Source of the DNA: Promethearchaeota archaeon
GTDB taxonomy: Archaea > Asgardarchaeota > Lokiarchaeia > Sigyniarchaeales > SOKP01
Assembly (NCBI GenBank): GCA_029838195.1
Contig: JALGVJ010000004.1
Coordinates: 96,001-160,000, forward strand
Direction of reading: 5' to 3'
DNA: 64,000 nucleotides
Part shown: piece by piece, positions 49,268 through 60,461 of the stretch
How positions within the stretch are numbered: position 1 is the first letter of the stretch
Layout: the number at the start of each line of letters is the position of its first letter
Translations under genes and position numbers: made by a program
The notes under the pieces: model-generated
What the model saw: only the letters and a program-made list of their open reading frames with translations
The model's database searches: none
Told to the model about the DNA's origin: nothing

Positions 49268-50677
49268 TTGAGAGTAGCAATTGATAAGATAAAAATTACA
49301 CCAAAAAAATTAATCGGCACACCCCTGGCGGGTTATACTCGAAAAGAGCCTTGCCGGGGTAAATGGGATGATATTCACGCATATGGGGTATTAATAGAAA
49401 GTAATGGTTCTTCTTCTTCCGATCAATACCTCCTTTTACTTTCTCTCGACTTATTAAAAATCCCATTATCTTTAGCAAACTACATGAAACGACAATTGAT
49501 CAACCATTATTCTGAACTAAAAGAGGAAAACATTCTCATTCATGCTACTCACACGCACGCCGCTCCCGATCTTACTGGTGAATTTTACTGGCCGGGTGGA
49601 ACTTTAAACGTGATGAAAGGCATAATGTTTGGAGTTAATAGAAATGATAAATATTTAGTGTGGTTAACTAAAAAAATCAATCAATTGGTACAACGGTTAT
49701 TGAATAATCTAATTCCTTGTAAAATAGCATGGAAAAAAGAACAATTTAATCCAAAATTAGTAATAAATCGCCGGCATCCCACGCGTCCCGTCAAGCCCGA
49801 TTTAGGCGTCATCGTTTTCAAGCATATAGATGACGGCGATAAAATCATTGGCTTGATAGTTAACTTCGCTTGCCACCCCACCACGTTACCTCATTCGAAT
49901 AATAAATTGTCCGCTGATTATCCGGGTCGCATCGTGCAAAAGATTGAAGAATCATCCAACCAAGAAATTAAAGCCGTCTATTTCAATGGTCCCTCAGGTG
50001 ATCTTAACCCGATTACCACTTGTGGCACGGATTTTAAAGCGTTAGAAAAAGATAAATCAAAAATCTATAATCAACACGGCACCTATCAAGATACGATTCG
50101 AATTGGTTCTACGATTGCTGAACGAGCCCTCACTTTGGCTAAAAGCATCCCAGAAGAATTGTATTTCGAAGAGATTACATTTACCTCCCATTTAAAATCA
50201 ATCGAAGTACCGTTACGCGACGTGAACTATTTTTCACCCGCTTGGTATTCTAACAAACTCTATCATGTTCTGAAAAAAATATTACTCATTCCTTTAGCTC
50301 GATCACATGATGCTAATTTTCCCGCTTTCACAATTCATCATGAATTCCGGAACATTCATGCCCAAACCATTTTACAATACATCGAACTCACTGCCTCATC
50401 AAAAAAAAATTCTATACTGAAAAAATTTTCCATTTTTACGGTTCCGGGTGAATTATTCGAAGAAATTGGCTTAAACCTCCTCAAACATTCACCCTTGGGA
50501 AAGGACAATTCCTTTCTCTTCCAAAACTCTAATGATTGGATAGCATACCTATTTCCCATTCATGAATACGTGAATGTAGGAGGTTATGAACCCATTGCGA
50601 GTTTCAGCCCAATTAGCGGTGATGTCATCCATCAAGAAATGCTTTTCCTATTTAAAACTATTACTAAAACCCAATGA
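49268..50677 (+). CDS. Neutral/alkaline ceramidase-like metallo-amidohydrolase
   Basis: KITP..LAGY, ATHTHAAP, NRR, NFACHPT, SADYPG, GPSGDLNP, PGELF, GGYE. Confidence 0.85.
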   Translation: MRVAIDKIKITPKKLIGTPLAGYTRKEPCRGKWDDIHAYGVLIESNGSSSSDQYLLLLSLDLLKIPLSLANYMKRQLINHYSELKEENILIHATHTHAAPDLTGEFYWPGGTLNVMKGIMFGVNRNDKYLVWLTKKINQLVQRLLNNLIPCKIAWKKEQFNPKLVINRRHPTRPVKPDLGVIVFKHIDDGDKIIGLIVNFACHPTTLPHSNNKLSADYPGRIVQKIEESSNQEIKAVYFNGPSGDLNPITTCGTDFKALEKDKSKIYNQHGTYQDTIRIGSTIAERALTLAKSIPEELYFEEITFTSHLKSIEVPLRDVNYFSPAWYSNKLYHVLKKILLIPLARSHDANFPAFTIHHEFRNIHAQTILQYIELTASSKKNSILKKFSIFTVPGELFEEIGLNLLKHSPLGKDNSFLFQNSNDWIAYLFPIHEYVNVGGYEPIASFSPISGDVIHQEMLFLFKTITKTQ

Positions 50678-50834
50678 ACCAAATCATTTACTTGATTTTA
50701 AAATAATTAAAAAAAATGCTCATGTTGACATTTTTAACGAAAAAAGAAGCTAATTCGTACTTAAAATCATGGAAATTTAAAGAAAAATAAAGAAAATAAC
50801 ATTAAGAATAAAAAAATAAAAATAGTTGGAACTT

Positions 50835-52226
50835 TTATAAGGCTTTTTGCTTTAATAATTCCTTATTCTCCACAACTTTCTTCATATCTAGCGTGTATAC
50901 CAGCGTCATCATTAAGAAACCAATGAAATAGAAAATCATGGGAATAATCACCATGAGGAATCGAATGCCAAATAAGGCTAATGCCGGTTGACTCGTTTTT
51001 CCTGGTGGCGCTCCTGCTATGTAACCCGTACTCTCATGGACCACTGCAAATAATACTCCTTGAATTATCACCGGAATTCTTCCAAAAAACGTCCGAATAC
51101 CCGTATAAATTCCTTCTTCTCTCTTTCCTGTTCTTATGACAATATCATCAATAACATCGCTAAAGCAGGGATACATCAAGACCCAAATGCACCCTATTCC
51201 AATTCCAATTATCGCTATAAATAATGCCGAGGTGAGAATATCTGTCGCAAAGTATAAGGGAATGAACAAGAAAGTCGTTACTATTGTACCGTATTGAAAT
51301 GCACGTTTGTTTCCAACCTTCTTACCGACGTAGCTCCATAGGGGAATACCTCCAACTAATACGAAAATCAAGAAAAAAGCGGATAATATGGTTTCTACTT
51401 CTGGATCAGATGAACCGATAATATATTTTGTCCAATATGGAAGTGAGCTTAACATAAAAACAGTCATTACTTGATGGCCCATGTATGTGATGACATAAGC
51501 TATAAAATTTCTATCCTTTAGGGATGTCGTTAGAGCTTCTATAAAGGAAACAGATTCACCCTTTTCTGATGCTAGCTTGAATTCCTTCTCTCTTAATTCT
51601 TCATCCTCTTTCATTCCCGGTAAGGAAAAAAATGCCATGATAAAAGCGATAATTGTCACGATAAAAATGGCCAAGATCACGGTTTCTGGCTTTCCATATT
51701 CAATAAAAAGGGGTGGGAGCAACACGCCTAAAGCGATACCAAGAACACCCCAAATGGTATTCCACATTCCCGCACTCGTTCTTTCTTCTTGGGATCGAAA
51801 CTTATCCGGAAAAAGAGCTAAATAATTTGCTTGCCAGAGGGTAAATAAACCCTCGAAAGATAAGATAGTAATGAGGAGCCATAGAAACATGCCAATTTGA
51901 GTTCGAACGGGTACTACGAATACTAAAAGATACACCCAAGTATATGATAAAGCGCCAATCACGTACCATGGATATCTTCGACCCCATTTCTTAATGAATC
52001 GCGTGCTTTTATCCGAAAGGTATCCAATGAGCGGATCATTTATCATGTTCCAAAATCCGTAAATAGAAAGCGCAATCCCGACTAATGTAATGGCGAGCAA
52101 GAGTTCATTCTCATAAAAATCAACGATTCTCACTGTAAAGGCTGCAAGCACGAAATTATCCAAGAAACCTCCAATACCATAGCTTACTCTTATTTTTGTA
52201 CTGGTTTTCATTTCAATTTTACTCAT
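50835..52226 (-). CDS. MFS transporter, GPH family
   Basis: WNMINDPLIGYLSD..WGRRYPW, ALFPDKFRSQEER, SDVIDD..TGKREEGIYTG. Confidence 0.92.
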   Translation of the reverse strand: MSKIEMKTSTKIRVSYGIGGFLDNFVLAAFTVRIVDFYENELLLAITLVGIALSIYGFWNMINDPLIGYLSDKSTRFIKKWGRRYPWYVIGALSYTWVYLLVFVVPVRTQIGMFLWLLITILSFEGLFTLWQANYLALFPDKFRSQEERTSAGMWNTIWGVLGIALGVLLPPLFIEYGKPETVILAIFIVTIIAFIMAFFSLPGMKEDEELREKEFKLASEKGESVSFIEALTTSLKDRNFIAYVITYMGHQVMTVFMLSSLPYWTKYIIGSSDPEVETILSAFFLIFVLVGGIPLWSYVGKKVGNKRAFQYGTIVTTFLFIPLYFATDILTSALFIAIIGIGIGCIWVLMYPCFSDVIDDIVIRTGKREEGIYTGIRTFFGRIPVIIQGVLFAVVHESTGYIAGAPPGKTSQPALALFGIRFLMVIIPMIFYFIGFLMMTLVYTLDMKKVVENKELLKQKAL

Positions 52227-52513
52227 TTCACGAATCCTCTAAATGTTTATTTATTTTTTTGATGGATGATACATTTTTTTCATTTAACTAAACATGGTTT
52301 AAAAAAAATCAAATTTGGTATTTAATAAAAAGAAAGGGTTACTATATAAAGATAATCATTCCAAGGATAAGTTCAAAAAAACCAACTAAACTTGTCTAGA
52401 ATGTGGGTTTAGATTTACACGCAGCACTTTCATGAAATAATTTAAATAGAATTGCTCATTTTAAACATTGTTTAATTACATGTCAAAAAAAAAATTAAAA
52501 CATGAATTGAAAC

Positions 52514-54220
52514 ATGCCTCGTGTAATAGATTTAGTTGCTGATATATTGATAGATGCCGGAATAGATCATGCTTTCGGTCTACCAGGCGGAGTAACGCAA
52601 TTTATGATGGAAGGATGTTATAAAAAGGGAGAGAAGATAAAGACCATTACAGCACGCCATGAAGCCTCGGCAGCGGCAATGGCCGATATGTACGGACGGA
52701 TAACCGGAAAACCAGGACTTTTATTGGGTCAAGGTGTTTGGATTGGCTCCAATGGTGCGTTTGGAATAATGGAAGCTTTTTTTGCGGGTTCTCCGATGCT
52801 GATAATAACGGATGTATCCGATTGGGATAACATGAGCTTAAAAGGAACGTATCAATGCGGAACGGGGGATTATGGATGCGTGAATCTTCCGGAGATTTTT
52901 CGTTCGATGACAAAATATACAACATATGCGACTTCTCCTATTGATGTCGTGTATGGCGTTCAGACGGCGATCAAACATGCGGTTTCCGGACGACCCGGCC
53001 CCGCCTGCGTGCTTACGAAACTCAGTTCATTAGGTGGAGTCATTGAGGATCCTTCCAGTTTAGACGTACCCATTTATCCTATGGAAGGATTTTTGAACGT
53101 GTCTCCGCCAAGTATTTCAGCTAGGGATGCGGAACGAATTGCAGAATTATTAATTAGTGCCAATAGACCGGTGATGATATGTGGGCGAGGTGTTCATGCT
53201 TCTCGGGCTTATGCGGAGGTTAGAGAAATAGCAGAATTGATAGGAATACCGGTTGCCACGAGCTACATGGGAAAAAGTAGCATTCCGGAAGTGCATGACC
53301 TTGCATTAGGCGTCATGGGCGGTCGCGGACAAAAACTTGCGACAGAAATGATACAGAAAGCAGATGTTATTCTTGCGGTGGGCACGGCCTTAGCTCCTGA
53401 AAATACACTTAATTGTAGCAAAGAATTCATAAACGTGGAAGAGCAAAAACTAATCCATATAGATATTGATCCTCGAAATGCGGCTTGGACATATCCCGCT
53501 ACGATCGGAGTCACGTCTGATGCAAAGATTGCCTTACGCACCATAATTGGCTTTATTAAAAAGAAAAATCCGCAAATTGATGTTCAAAAAAGGATTGAAG
53601 ATTTACAAGTAATTAAAAAAGCTCCCGAAACGGAATTTTTCATGAATAAATTTTCTAATTCGGACAAATTACCTCTTGAACCCGAAAGAGTGGTTAAGGA
53701 GATAAATGAACTAATAGGAGAAGATGATTTGGTTGTTCTGGACGCAGGTAATAATAGGATTTGGTTCTGTTCTTTATTTAAGTCGAAAAAAGAACGGCAA
53801 GTCATTGCACCGGGAGGCGCTGCGGGCATGGCATGGTCTCCTAATGCGGCCATTGCAGCCCAATTGCTTCATGATAGGGGAAAAGTAGTAAGTATTGTTG
53901 GAGATGGCGGCATGCTGATGGCTTTATACACGATTGAAACCACAAAGGCTCTAAACGTGCCATTACTTTTTATCGTATTTAATAATGCTAGCTTGGGTAA
54001 TGTGAGAGACTTTTTTTCTAGAAAAAGTAGGGCCATTGCAGAATATCCCAATACGAATTTCGCTAATGTCGCAACCGCTATTGGAATTGATGGAATCCGG
54101 GTAGAGACCCTCGAAGAACTCAGACCTGCTTTAGAGAAAGGTTTAAAAGCGGAGAAACCCACGTTGATCGACATCGTAGTAAATAGAGCCTCGCACTTAC
54201 GGGTTAGAACCTCCCTATAA
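52514..54220 (+). CDS. Thiamine-diphosphate enzyme, acetolactate-synthase-large-subunit-like family
   Basis: FGLPGG, RHEASAAAMA, SGRPGP, GDGG..FNN TPP-binding motif; substrate not assignable. Confidence 0.88.
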   Translation: MPRVIDLVADILIDAGIDHAFGLPGGVTQFMMEGCYKKGEKIKTITARHEASAAAMADMYGRITGKPGLLLGQGVWIGSNGAFGIMEAFFAGSPMLIITDVSDWDNMSLKGTYQCGTGDYGCVNLPEIFRSMTKYTTYATSPIDVVYGVQTAIKHAVSGRPGPACVLTKLSSLGGVIEDPSSLDVPIYPMEGFLNVSPPSISARDAERIAELLISANRPVMICGRGVHASRAYAEVREIAELIGIPVATSYMGKSSIPEVHDLALGVMGGRGQKLATEMIQKADVILAVGTALAPENTLNCSKEFINVEEQKLIHIDIDPRNAAWTYPATIGVTSDAKIALRTIIGFIKKKNPQIDVQKRIEDLQVIKKAPETEFFMNKFSNSDKLPLEPERVVKEINELIGEDDLVVLDAGNNRIWFCSLFKSKKERQVIAPGGAAGMAWSPNAAIAAQLLHDRGKVVSIVGDGGMLMALYTIETTKALNVPLLFIVFNNASLGNVRDFFSRKSRAIAEYPNTNFANVATAIGIDGIRVETLEELRPALEKGLKAEKPTLIDIVVNRASHLRVRTSL

Positions 54221-54700
54221 ACCAAGAATTTATTCATTCATTACTTTATTTTTCTTTCAATTCCTTTTTTTAATGTATTTTTTTTAATCGTTTTTACTTA
54301 TTTCTTTTCTTCCCTCTTTTTTCTTTTCCTTGATTTAATTATCGTCCCTTAATCATCATGACGGCTACTTTTATTAGAAATATAATTTTCCACTTGAATT
54401 TAATGAATTAACCCCATTTTAAGCTCGTGAAAAATATTTCATGTTATTTTTTTTATTGAACAACGTTTAATATTTTTAATGAGTTTGGAAAAAATCTTTA
54501 AAGAATCTTCTTGAAAGGAGCGATTTGTTTCAAGGGAAAACCAAATCCTTTAAAAAAAATTAGAATTCATTTCTCTTACCACGTGCGTTGAATAAAACTT
54601 AAAATGAACCCTTACATTACATAATATTGTAATTATTTATTATTAAAAACATGATATTGTTCATGTAAATTTAAAATTAAAATAAAAATGGTAAAACAAA

Positions 54701-56119
54701 ATGGAATATGAAGAAATTAAAAAAAGAATTGCAATCATCAGAGATCAAGAGGTTAAGGGAATTCCCGATGAAATGATGATCAAGATTCGAAAGAAAATTG
54801 AGGAGAAAACTCCTAATTCGAAACCTTTAGCAGAAGTAATGAAATCTTTAGTTCCGGGAGGGACACAACATCAGATGTGCCTTAAAGACCCTTACGCCGT
54901 GACCATAAAACGTACTTTAGGCACAAGAATGTGGGACGTGGATGATAATGAATATATTGATTACTTGATGAGTGCAGGAGCGTGTATTTTGGGTCATAAT
55001 TATCCTCCCTTTCGAGAGAAATTAATAGAAGTCTTGCAAGATCTCTCTCCCGATTTATATTGGAATTGTGAATGGGAAATAAAAGCTATAAAGTTAGTAC
55101 AAAAGCACATGCCTTCAGTAGAACGGATGGTGTATTTTCAATCGGGTACAGAAGCAAACATGGCAGCTATTCGGATTGCGCGGGTATTCACAGGTAAGGA
55201 AAAGATCATCAAATTTGGTGGATCGTATCATGGTTGGTCGGATCAACTTAATTATGACATCCACATTCCGTTTTCTGGGGCAATGGAGGCTGATGGCATT
55301 CCAAAAGGCTGTTATAAAGACACCATTTCCCTTCCCCCCAATGATCTAAATGCATTGGAAGAAAACCTTAAAAAATGGTCAGAAAAGAGAAAAGGAGTTG
55401 CGGCCGTGATCGTGGAACCATTGGGGGCTGAATCCGGGGCCATTCCCGTACCTCCTGACTTTAATAAAAAAGTTAGAGAATTATGTGATCAATACGGGGC
55501 TTTACTCATTTTTGATGAAGTAGTCACGGGTTTTCGATTGGACCTTGGCGGTGCTCAAAAATATTTTGGCGTGAAACCCGATCTCACGATATTTGGCAAA
55601 TTACTCACTCAAGGATATCCTTCGTCCGGAGCCGTGGGAGGGAGAGCAGATATAATGAACGCTACGACAAGCGATATCGATGTTAGTAGCAAGCACGCTT
55701 CCGCTAGCGGAACGATCAGGGGAAATCCCTTGACCGTCGCCGCCACGTATTGGGGCATAAAAATCATGGAGGAAACAGGCACCATTGAAAAAGCGGCCAC
55801 AGCAGCAGATGATCTAGTGAAAAAATTAAATGACCTATTTGAACAACACGAAAGGCCCTATTTCGCTTACAACTACAAGTCTATTGTTCATTATGAAACC
55901 TTCTCTCCCCTTGCCATTGATATCCGGGACATGAATAACATTCCTAAAGCTGTATACCGTAAGAAATGCGTGGATGACTTAGCCACGGTCATGTTTTCTG
56001 AGGGCGTGATAACTAAATATGGAAACCGAGCGTTTACATGCATGCAACACGCTCCAGAAGATAATGATAAGTTCATTGAAGCCATGGACGTGGCCCTCAA
56101 GATGATTCCCAAATACTAA
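54701..56119 (+). CDS. Class III PLP aminotransferase (GSA-aminomutase-like)
   Basis: WDVDDNEYID, SGTEA, SYHG, LIFDEVVTGFR, PDLTIFGK, SGT..GNP. Confidence 0.9.
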   Translation: MEYEEIKKRIAIIRDQEVKGIPDEMMIKIRKKIEEKTPNSKPLAEVMKSLVPGGTQHQMCLKDPYAVTIKRTLGTRMWDVDDNEYIDYLMSAGACILGHNYPPFREKLIEVLQDLSPDLYWNCEWEIKAIKLVQKHMPSVERMVYFQSGTEANMAAIRIARVFTGKEKIIKFGGSYHGWSDQLNYDIHIPFSGAMEADGIPKGCYKDTISLPPNDLNALEENLKKWSEKRKGVAAVIVEPLGAESGAIPVPPDFNKKVRELCDQYGALLIFDEVVTGFRLDLGGAQKYFGVKPDLTIFGKLLTQGYPSSGAVGGRADIMNATTSDIDVSSKHASASGTIRGNPLTVAATYWGIKIMEETGTIEKAATAADDLVKKLNDLFEQHERPYFAYNYKSIVHYETFSPLAIDIRDMNNIPKAVYRKKCVDDLATVMFSEGVITKYGNRAFTCMQHAPEDNDKFIEAMDVALKMIPKY

Positions 56120-56333
56120 ATCTTAAGAATAAGGTTACATTTTTTTTTACTGGTTTTTTAACCACTTGCTTCTTTTTTTCTCTTCATTCATCTCATGGGT
56201 CTTGGCGTTGTTTTTCCCTTTTTAAAATTCTTTTCAAATTGATGAATACATAAAAGATAAAAGATAGGACCACCAAAAGGACTGCTAAAAACAATTAAAC
56301 CAAGAGAAAAGTAAAAGGGAAAAAAATATTAAT

Positions 56334-58178
56334 TTAATATAAATCCTTGATAACAAATCCTAACTCCAATTCTTCTAAAGTTTCTTTAAGGGGATAACCA
56401 TTCTCCGGATTCCACCCCATTTTTTCACAATATCCCTTGTAATCCTCTACATAATCCACTCCAATGATTCGTTCCGGCAGTTTTTGTTCCATGATTTTAA
56501 TGCCCTCTCTTAAGGTGAACGCTTGCCGTAATGTTTGAATTCTTCGGCCAATCGTTAACGCTTCATCGGGTGTCATGTCCCATCCCGTGACTGCATTTAT
56601 TAATTCAAAAAGGGGATATTTCTGAAGGAAATAGGCAAATTCACAGAGCCCAACACTACACGTGAATTGCCAGATTGCCGCAACAATTTTTTCTGCCTCG
56701 GAACGGTCATCTCCCGGTCTCTTGAAACGTTTCGGAAGACCGATACCTTCAAATAGACCATTTGGCTTTATTAAAGGGCCTTGTACCAACATGTCGAGAG
56801 ATGCGGAAGTATGTCGACCAGGGGTGGGGTCAAACGCAAAAGAGGCCCCCAGGCTCTTGTAATATTTCGGGGAATGCATTCCGGGCTCTTGGCCTCCACA
56901 ATGCATGGCATATTCCTCCCCTTTACCCAATTTTTCAACCGCAACCTTTACGCCATCGGCCAACACGTCTCCAAATCCTTCTCGGTTGATGATTTTCTTG
57001 GTTAATTCAACGATGGCTTCTGAATTCCCCCATTTCAACTCAAGACCATCGGTTTCGTCTTTAGTAAGCAATCCATTTTCATAACATTCAATCGCAAACG
57101 CAATCGCCGTTCCCGTGGAAATAGTGTCAATTCCCGCCCGGTTGCACAAATCATTAACAATAAATATTGAATTCAAATCATCGTTCAAGAGTAAATGTCC
57201 AAAACTGGCACAGGTTTCATATTCCGGCCGATGCTCCTCTTCTATTCCTAAATCCGGAATTTTCAATATTGCTCCACACTGCACGGGGCAAGAAAAGCAC
57301 CCATAGGATTTTTCTTTATATGGTTCTATGGCTTCTCCAGCAATCTTATTTACTCTTTCTTGAGGAAAGTCTTCTTTCACGCCACCCCAATTTTTGACGG
57401 GCGTGTCCCCGATAGCCCAAGAAACCACGTTCCCGAACGTCGTTCCCAGCGTCTTATAGCTCTGAATCGCACCGATGGTGGCAGAATTAATGCCATCATT
57501 ATATTCCTTAGTTGCTTGAATTAGAGCATCGTTATTTGCCACATTTACTTTTTTATCACCTTTAAGCACGATTGCCTTTAGTTTTTTGGAGCCCATGAGT
57601 GCTCCGAAGCCCGAGCGTCCCGCAATCCGTCCTTTATCATTCACGATACCTGAGATCAGGCTTAACTTTTCGCCAGCTTGACCAATGCAAGCTACTTGGA
57701 CGTTCCCGTGTTTTTCTTTTATTTTAGCCTCGGTTTCAATAGCATCCACGCCCCATAAATCAGAAGCATCAATAATTTTTTTCTCTCCCTCTATTATAGA
57801 GATGTATTTTGGATTGTTTGCCTTTCCCTTGATGAGAATCGCATCATACCCGCATTTTTTAATTTCCGGACCAAAATAGCCCCCACAGTTGGAATCGCCC
57901 CATGTACCGGTCAAGGGAGATTTTCCCGCCACCATGAAACGACCCGTCATGGGCGCCGGCGTACCCGTAAGCAAGCCGGGAAAAAATCCAAACACTGCCT
58001 CATTACCTAAAGGATCAGTTTTTGGGGGGAGATTTTCATAAAGCAATTTAGTAGCAAGCCCATATCCACCAATATATTTTCTATACACCTCATCGGGCAA
58101 TTCTTCTTCCTTAAAACTCTCGGTTGAGAGGTCTACCCACAAAATCTTTCCCATGTATCCATTTGACATGTGTTCCAT
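56334..58178 (-). CDS. Tungsten aldehyde:ferredoxin oxidoreductase family protein
   Basis: GYMGKILWVDLS, KSPLTG, AGRSGFGALMGSKKLKAI, CFSCPVQC, PEYET, GIDTIS, GLC. Confidence 0.94.
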   Translation of the reverse strand: MEHMSNGYMGKILWVDLSTESFKEEELPDEVYRKYIGGYGLATKLLYENLPPKTDPLGNEAVFGFFPGLLTGTPAPMTGRFMVAGKSPLTGTWGDSNCGGYFGPEIKKCGYDAILIKGKANNPKYISIIEGEKKIIDASDLWGVDAIETEAKIKEKHGNVQVACIGQAGEKLSLISGIVNDKGRIAGRSGFGALMGSKKLKAIVLKGDKKVNVANNDALIQATKEYNDGINSATIGAIQSYKTLGTTFGNVVSWAIGDTPVKNWGGVKEDFPQERVNKIAGEAIEPYKEKSYGCFSCPVQCGAILKIPDLGIEEEHRPEYETCASFGHLLLNDDLNSIFIVNDLCNRAGIDTISTGTAIAFAIECYENGLLTKDETDGLELKWGNSEAIVELTKKIINREGFGDVLADGVKVAVEKLGKGEEYAMHCGGQEPGMHSPKYYKSLGASFAFDPTPGRHTSASLDMLVQGPLIKPNGLFEGIGLPKRFKRPGDDRSEAEKIVAAIWQFTCSVGLCEFAYFLQKYPLFELINAVTGWDMTPDEALTIGRRIQTLRQAFTLREGIKIMEQKLPERIIGVDYVEDYKGYCEKMGWNPENGYPLKETLEELELGFVIKDLY

Positions 58179-58623
58179 TACCTTTTTTTTAATTTTTAAA
58201 TCGTGTTTAATTAAATAAATTGTCTCGAAAATATAAAAAAATTTTCCTTAATGTAATAATCATTGCTTCATTAAAAAAACCACTTTTTTAACTTCCACGT
58301 ACATATCTCTAACATTTAACCGAAGCTCCTCTCATGCATTACTCCATCCAAAAATTTCCAACTCCCCATGAAATTCTCGATTAAACTTCGACCCATCGCT
58401 GCTCATCCTTGAATTTAAAGTCAAGTTCCGCTAAGATTATTAGTACTTTAATAGACTCAAAGTACTACCACAAGGAATAAAAAGGCAAAGTTTATATACT
58501 AGCATGATGAAAATATTTATCAACACAGTTTTTCATGCGTTCTGAATTTATTAATGAACCTTTTATCTCAAACTCAATTTAAACTGAAAAATATAATAAA
58601 TGAAAAAAAAAATGAATTAAACC

Positions 58624-59838
58624 ATGGCTGAAGAAAAATCTAGTAGATATATTATCGGTCTCACGATATTCATGGGATTAGTCGGATTGCTTGACCAATT
58701 CCTCTCACAAGTCGAAGGACCTATCATGGTATACATTCTTGCGGATTATGGCGTTTCCGCATCAGAATTCGCATTTTGGCAAGGTATTTTTGCCGTGATC
58801 TCATTTGCGGTTTTCCTGATCTCCTATGCTTTCGATAGACTCGGTAGAAAAAAAGGAATCTTAATTCTCATCCTCGCTCTGGGCATTCCCGCACTCATCA
58901 TAACAATCCCCATGAATTTATACCTTTTCTTGCTAGTTTATTCGATTTTGATCATGGCAACACTCTCTAACGGTTGGGAAATTCCCATAGTAGAAGAGGC
59001 GCCCGCAGAAAAGCGTGGGTTATACGGCTCCATCGCTTTTTTAATTGGATTAATTCCTCTCTTCGCAATTGTAGCCGTTCCTATAGCAGAAAGCTTAGGA
59101 TGGCGCTGGGCCTATGGAGTTATGTTCTTCTTCGCATTGATCCTTTTAATTCCTTGGTATTTCATGAGAGAAACTCCCAGATGGCTCGCAGAGAGGGATA
59201 AATTAGAGAAAAAGCTCGGAATTGGCACTGCGCTAAAAACTCTGAAAAGAAAAGATTGGATTTACGTCTTATTCGCTATAATCGTTTACATTATCTGGAC
59301 GATTTGCTATATCATGATGCGCAGCTGGGGTGGCTATTATTATGTGACCTACCAAGGCTATACAACGTCTCAATATTCCACCATTTTACTCATTGGGGCT
59401 TTAATGACAATGGTAGGAGCAATCCTTGGAGGAATATTAATGGATAAATTTGGTAGAAATGTTACTTTATTAGTAGCGTGCATCGGTTCATTCATCGGCT
59501 TATTATTTATTCCTACGGGAATCGTTATCTTTTATTGGCTCGGGTATCTCTGCATGCCGATCATTTTAGGCTATATAATGGTATATTATAATGAGATATT
59601 TCCCACGAGCATTCGGGGCACTGCTGTAGGCGTAGTAAATACCATTTCAAGGATAGGTTATGTACTAGGTCCCTTAATATCGTCGCTTCTTTTGTTATTT
59701 TTCGATAATCCGCAGAATAAGATGGTAGGCTTTTTCGTAGTGGGGGCGATTTTAATTTTAATGCCGCTCTTTATATTGTTCACGAAACCGTATGAAACGA
59801 AAGGACAGGAGTTAGAAGCAATCCAAGAGGACAGATAA
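58624..59838 (+). CDS. MFS transporter (MFS_1)
   Basis: DRLGRKK, EEAPAEKRG, GWRW, RETPRW, DKFGR, EIFPTSIRG. Confidence 0.92.
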   Translation: MAEEKSSRYIIGLTIFMGLVGLLDQFLSQVEGPIMVYILADYGVSASEFAFWQGIFAVISFAVFLISYAFDRLGRKKGILILILALGIPALIITIPMNLYLFLLVYSILIMATLSNGWEIPIVEEAPAEKRGLYGSIAFLIGLIPLFAIVAVPIAESLGWRWAYGVMFFFALILLIPWYFMRETPRWLAERDKLEKKLGIGTALKTLKRKDWIYVLFAIIVYIIWTICYIMMRSWGGYYYVTYQGYTTSQYSTILLIGALMTMVGAILGGILMDKFGRNVTLLVACIGSFIGLLFIPTGIVIFYWLGYLCMPIILGYIMVYYNEIFPTSIRGTAVGVVNTISRIGYVLGPLISSLLLLFFDNPQNKMVGFFVVGAILILMPLFILFTKPYETKGQELEAIQEDR

Positions 59839-60176
59839 AGCGTTTTAATTAAAAACAAATTAAATTAATTTTTTTTTATTTCTCGAATTTTTATTTCTAA
59901 TTGTTAATCGGCTTCATGTTATTATTTTAATAATTGTTAATCTCGTCTCAATTTTCATTTTAGAATTCTTCTTAAAATCGATTAGAATTTGCGATTTTTA
60001 ATAGGAACTAATCGTGATATGCTATAAAGGCGGGTTATAATATAAGAAAAAACTCTTCTTTGGGAATCGAATTTTAGAAAAATCAAGCACGCGAAGATTT
60101 ATTAATTAATTTTTTTAAACTCAATGATTAATAATAGATATAAGTTGAAGTATTAGTTAGAAAAGATTGAGGAAAA

Positions 60177-60461
60177 ATGAAAGGAAAATTTATAATTATG
60201 GATGAAAAAGACAATTGTGCGACTTCGTTGGCAGAATTGGAGGAGCATGAAGAGGTGGAGCTCGAGGGAAAGAAAATAGTTTTGAATCAAAAGATTCCGT
60301 TTGGGCACAAGTTTGCGATTAAGCCCATTAAGAAAGGAGATTTGCTTTACAAGTATGGTGAAATTATCGGTATCGCAACTCAAGACATCCAAGAAGGAGA
60401 TTGGATTCATACGCATAATATAAAAAGTCATTATTTAGAAAAGGTGGCGAAAGAAGGGTGA
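60177..60461 (+). CDS. UxaA-family hydro-lyase small (SAF) subunit
   Basis: KDNCAT, IPFGHKFA, KYGEIIG, GDWIHTHN; overlaps next start (GTGA). Confidence 0.92.
   Translation: MKGKFIIMDEKDNCATSLAELEEHEEVELEGKKIVLNQKIPFGHKFAIKPIKKGDLLYKYGEIIGIATQDIQEGDWIHTHNIKSHYLEKVAKEG

Noticed and set aside
54701-56119. Assigning hemL
   Set aside because: Family motifs are present but diverged, and there is no tetrapyrrole gene context; left as class III aminotransferase
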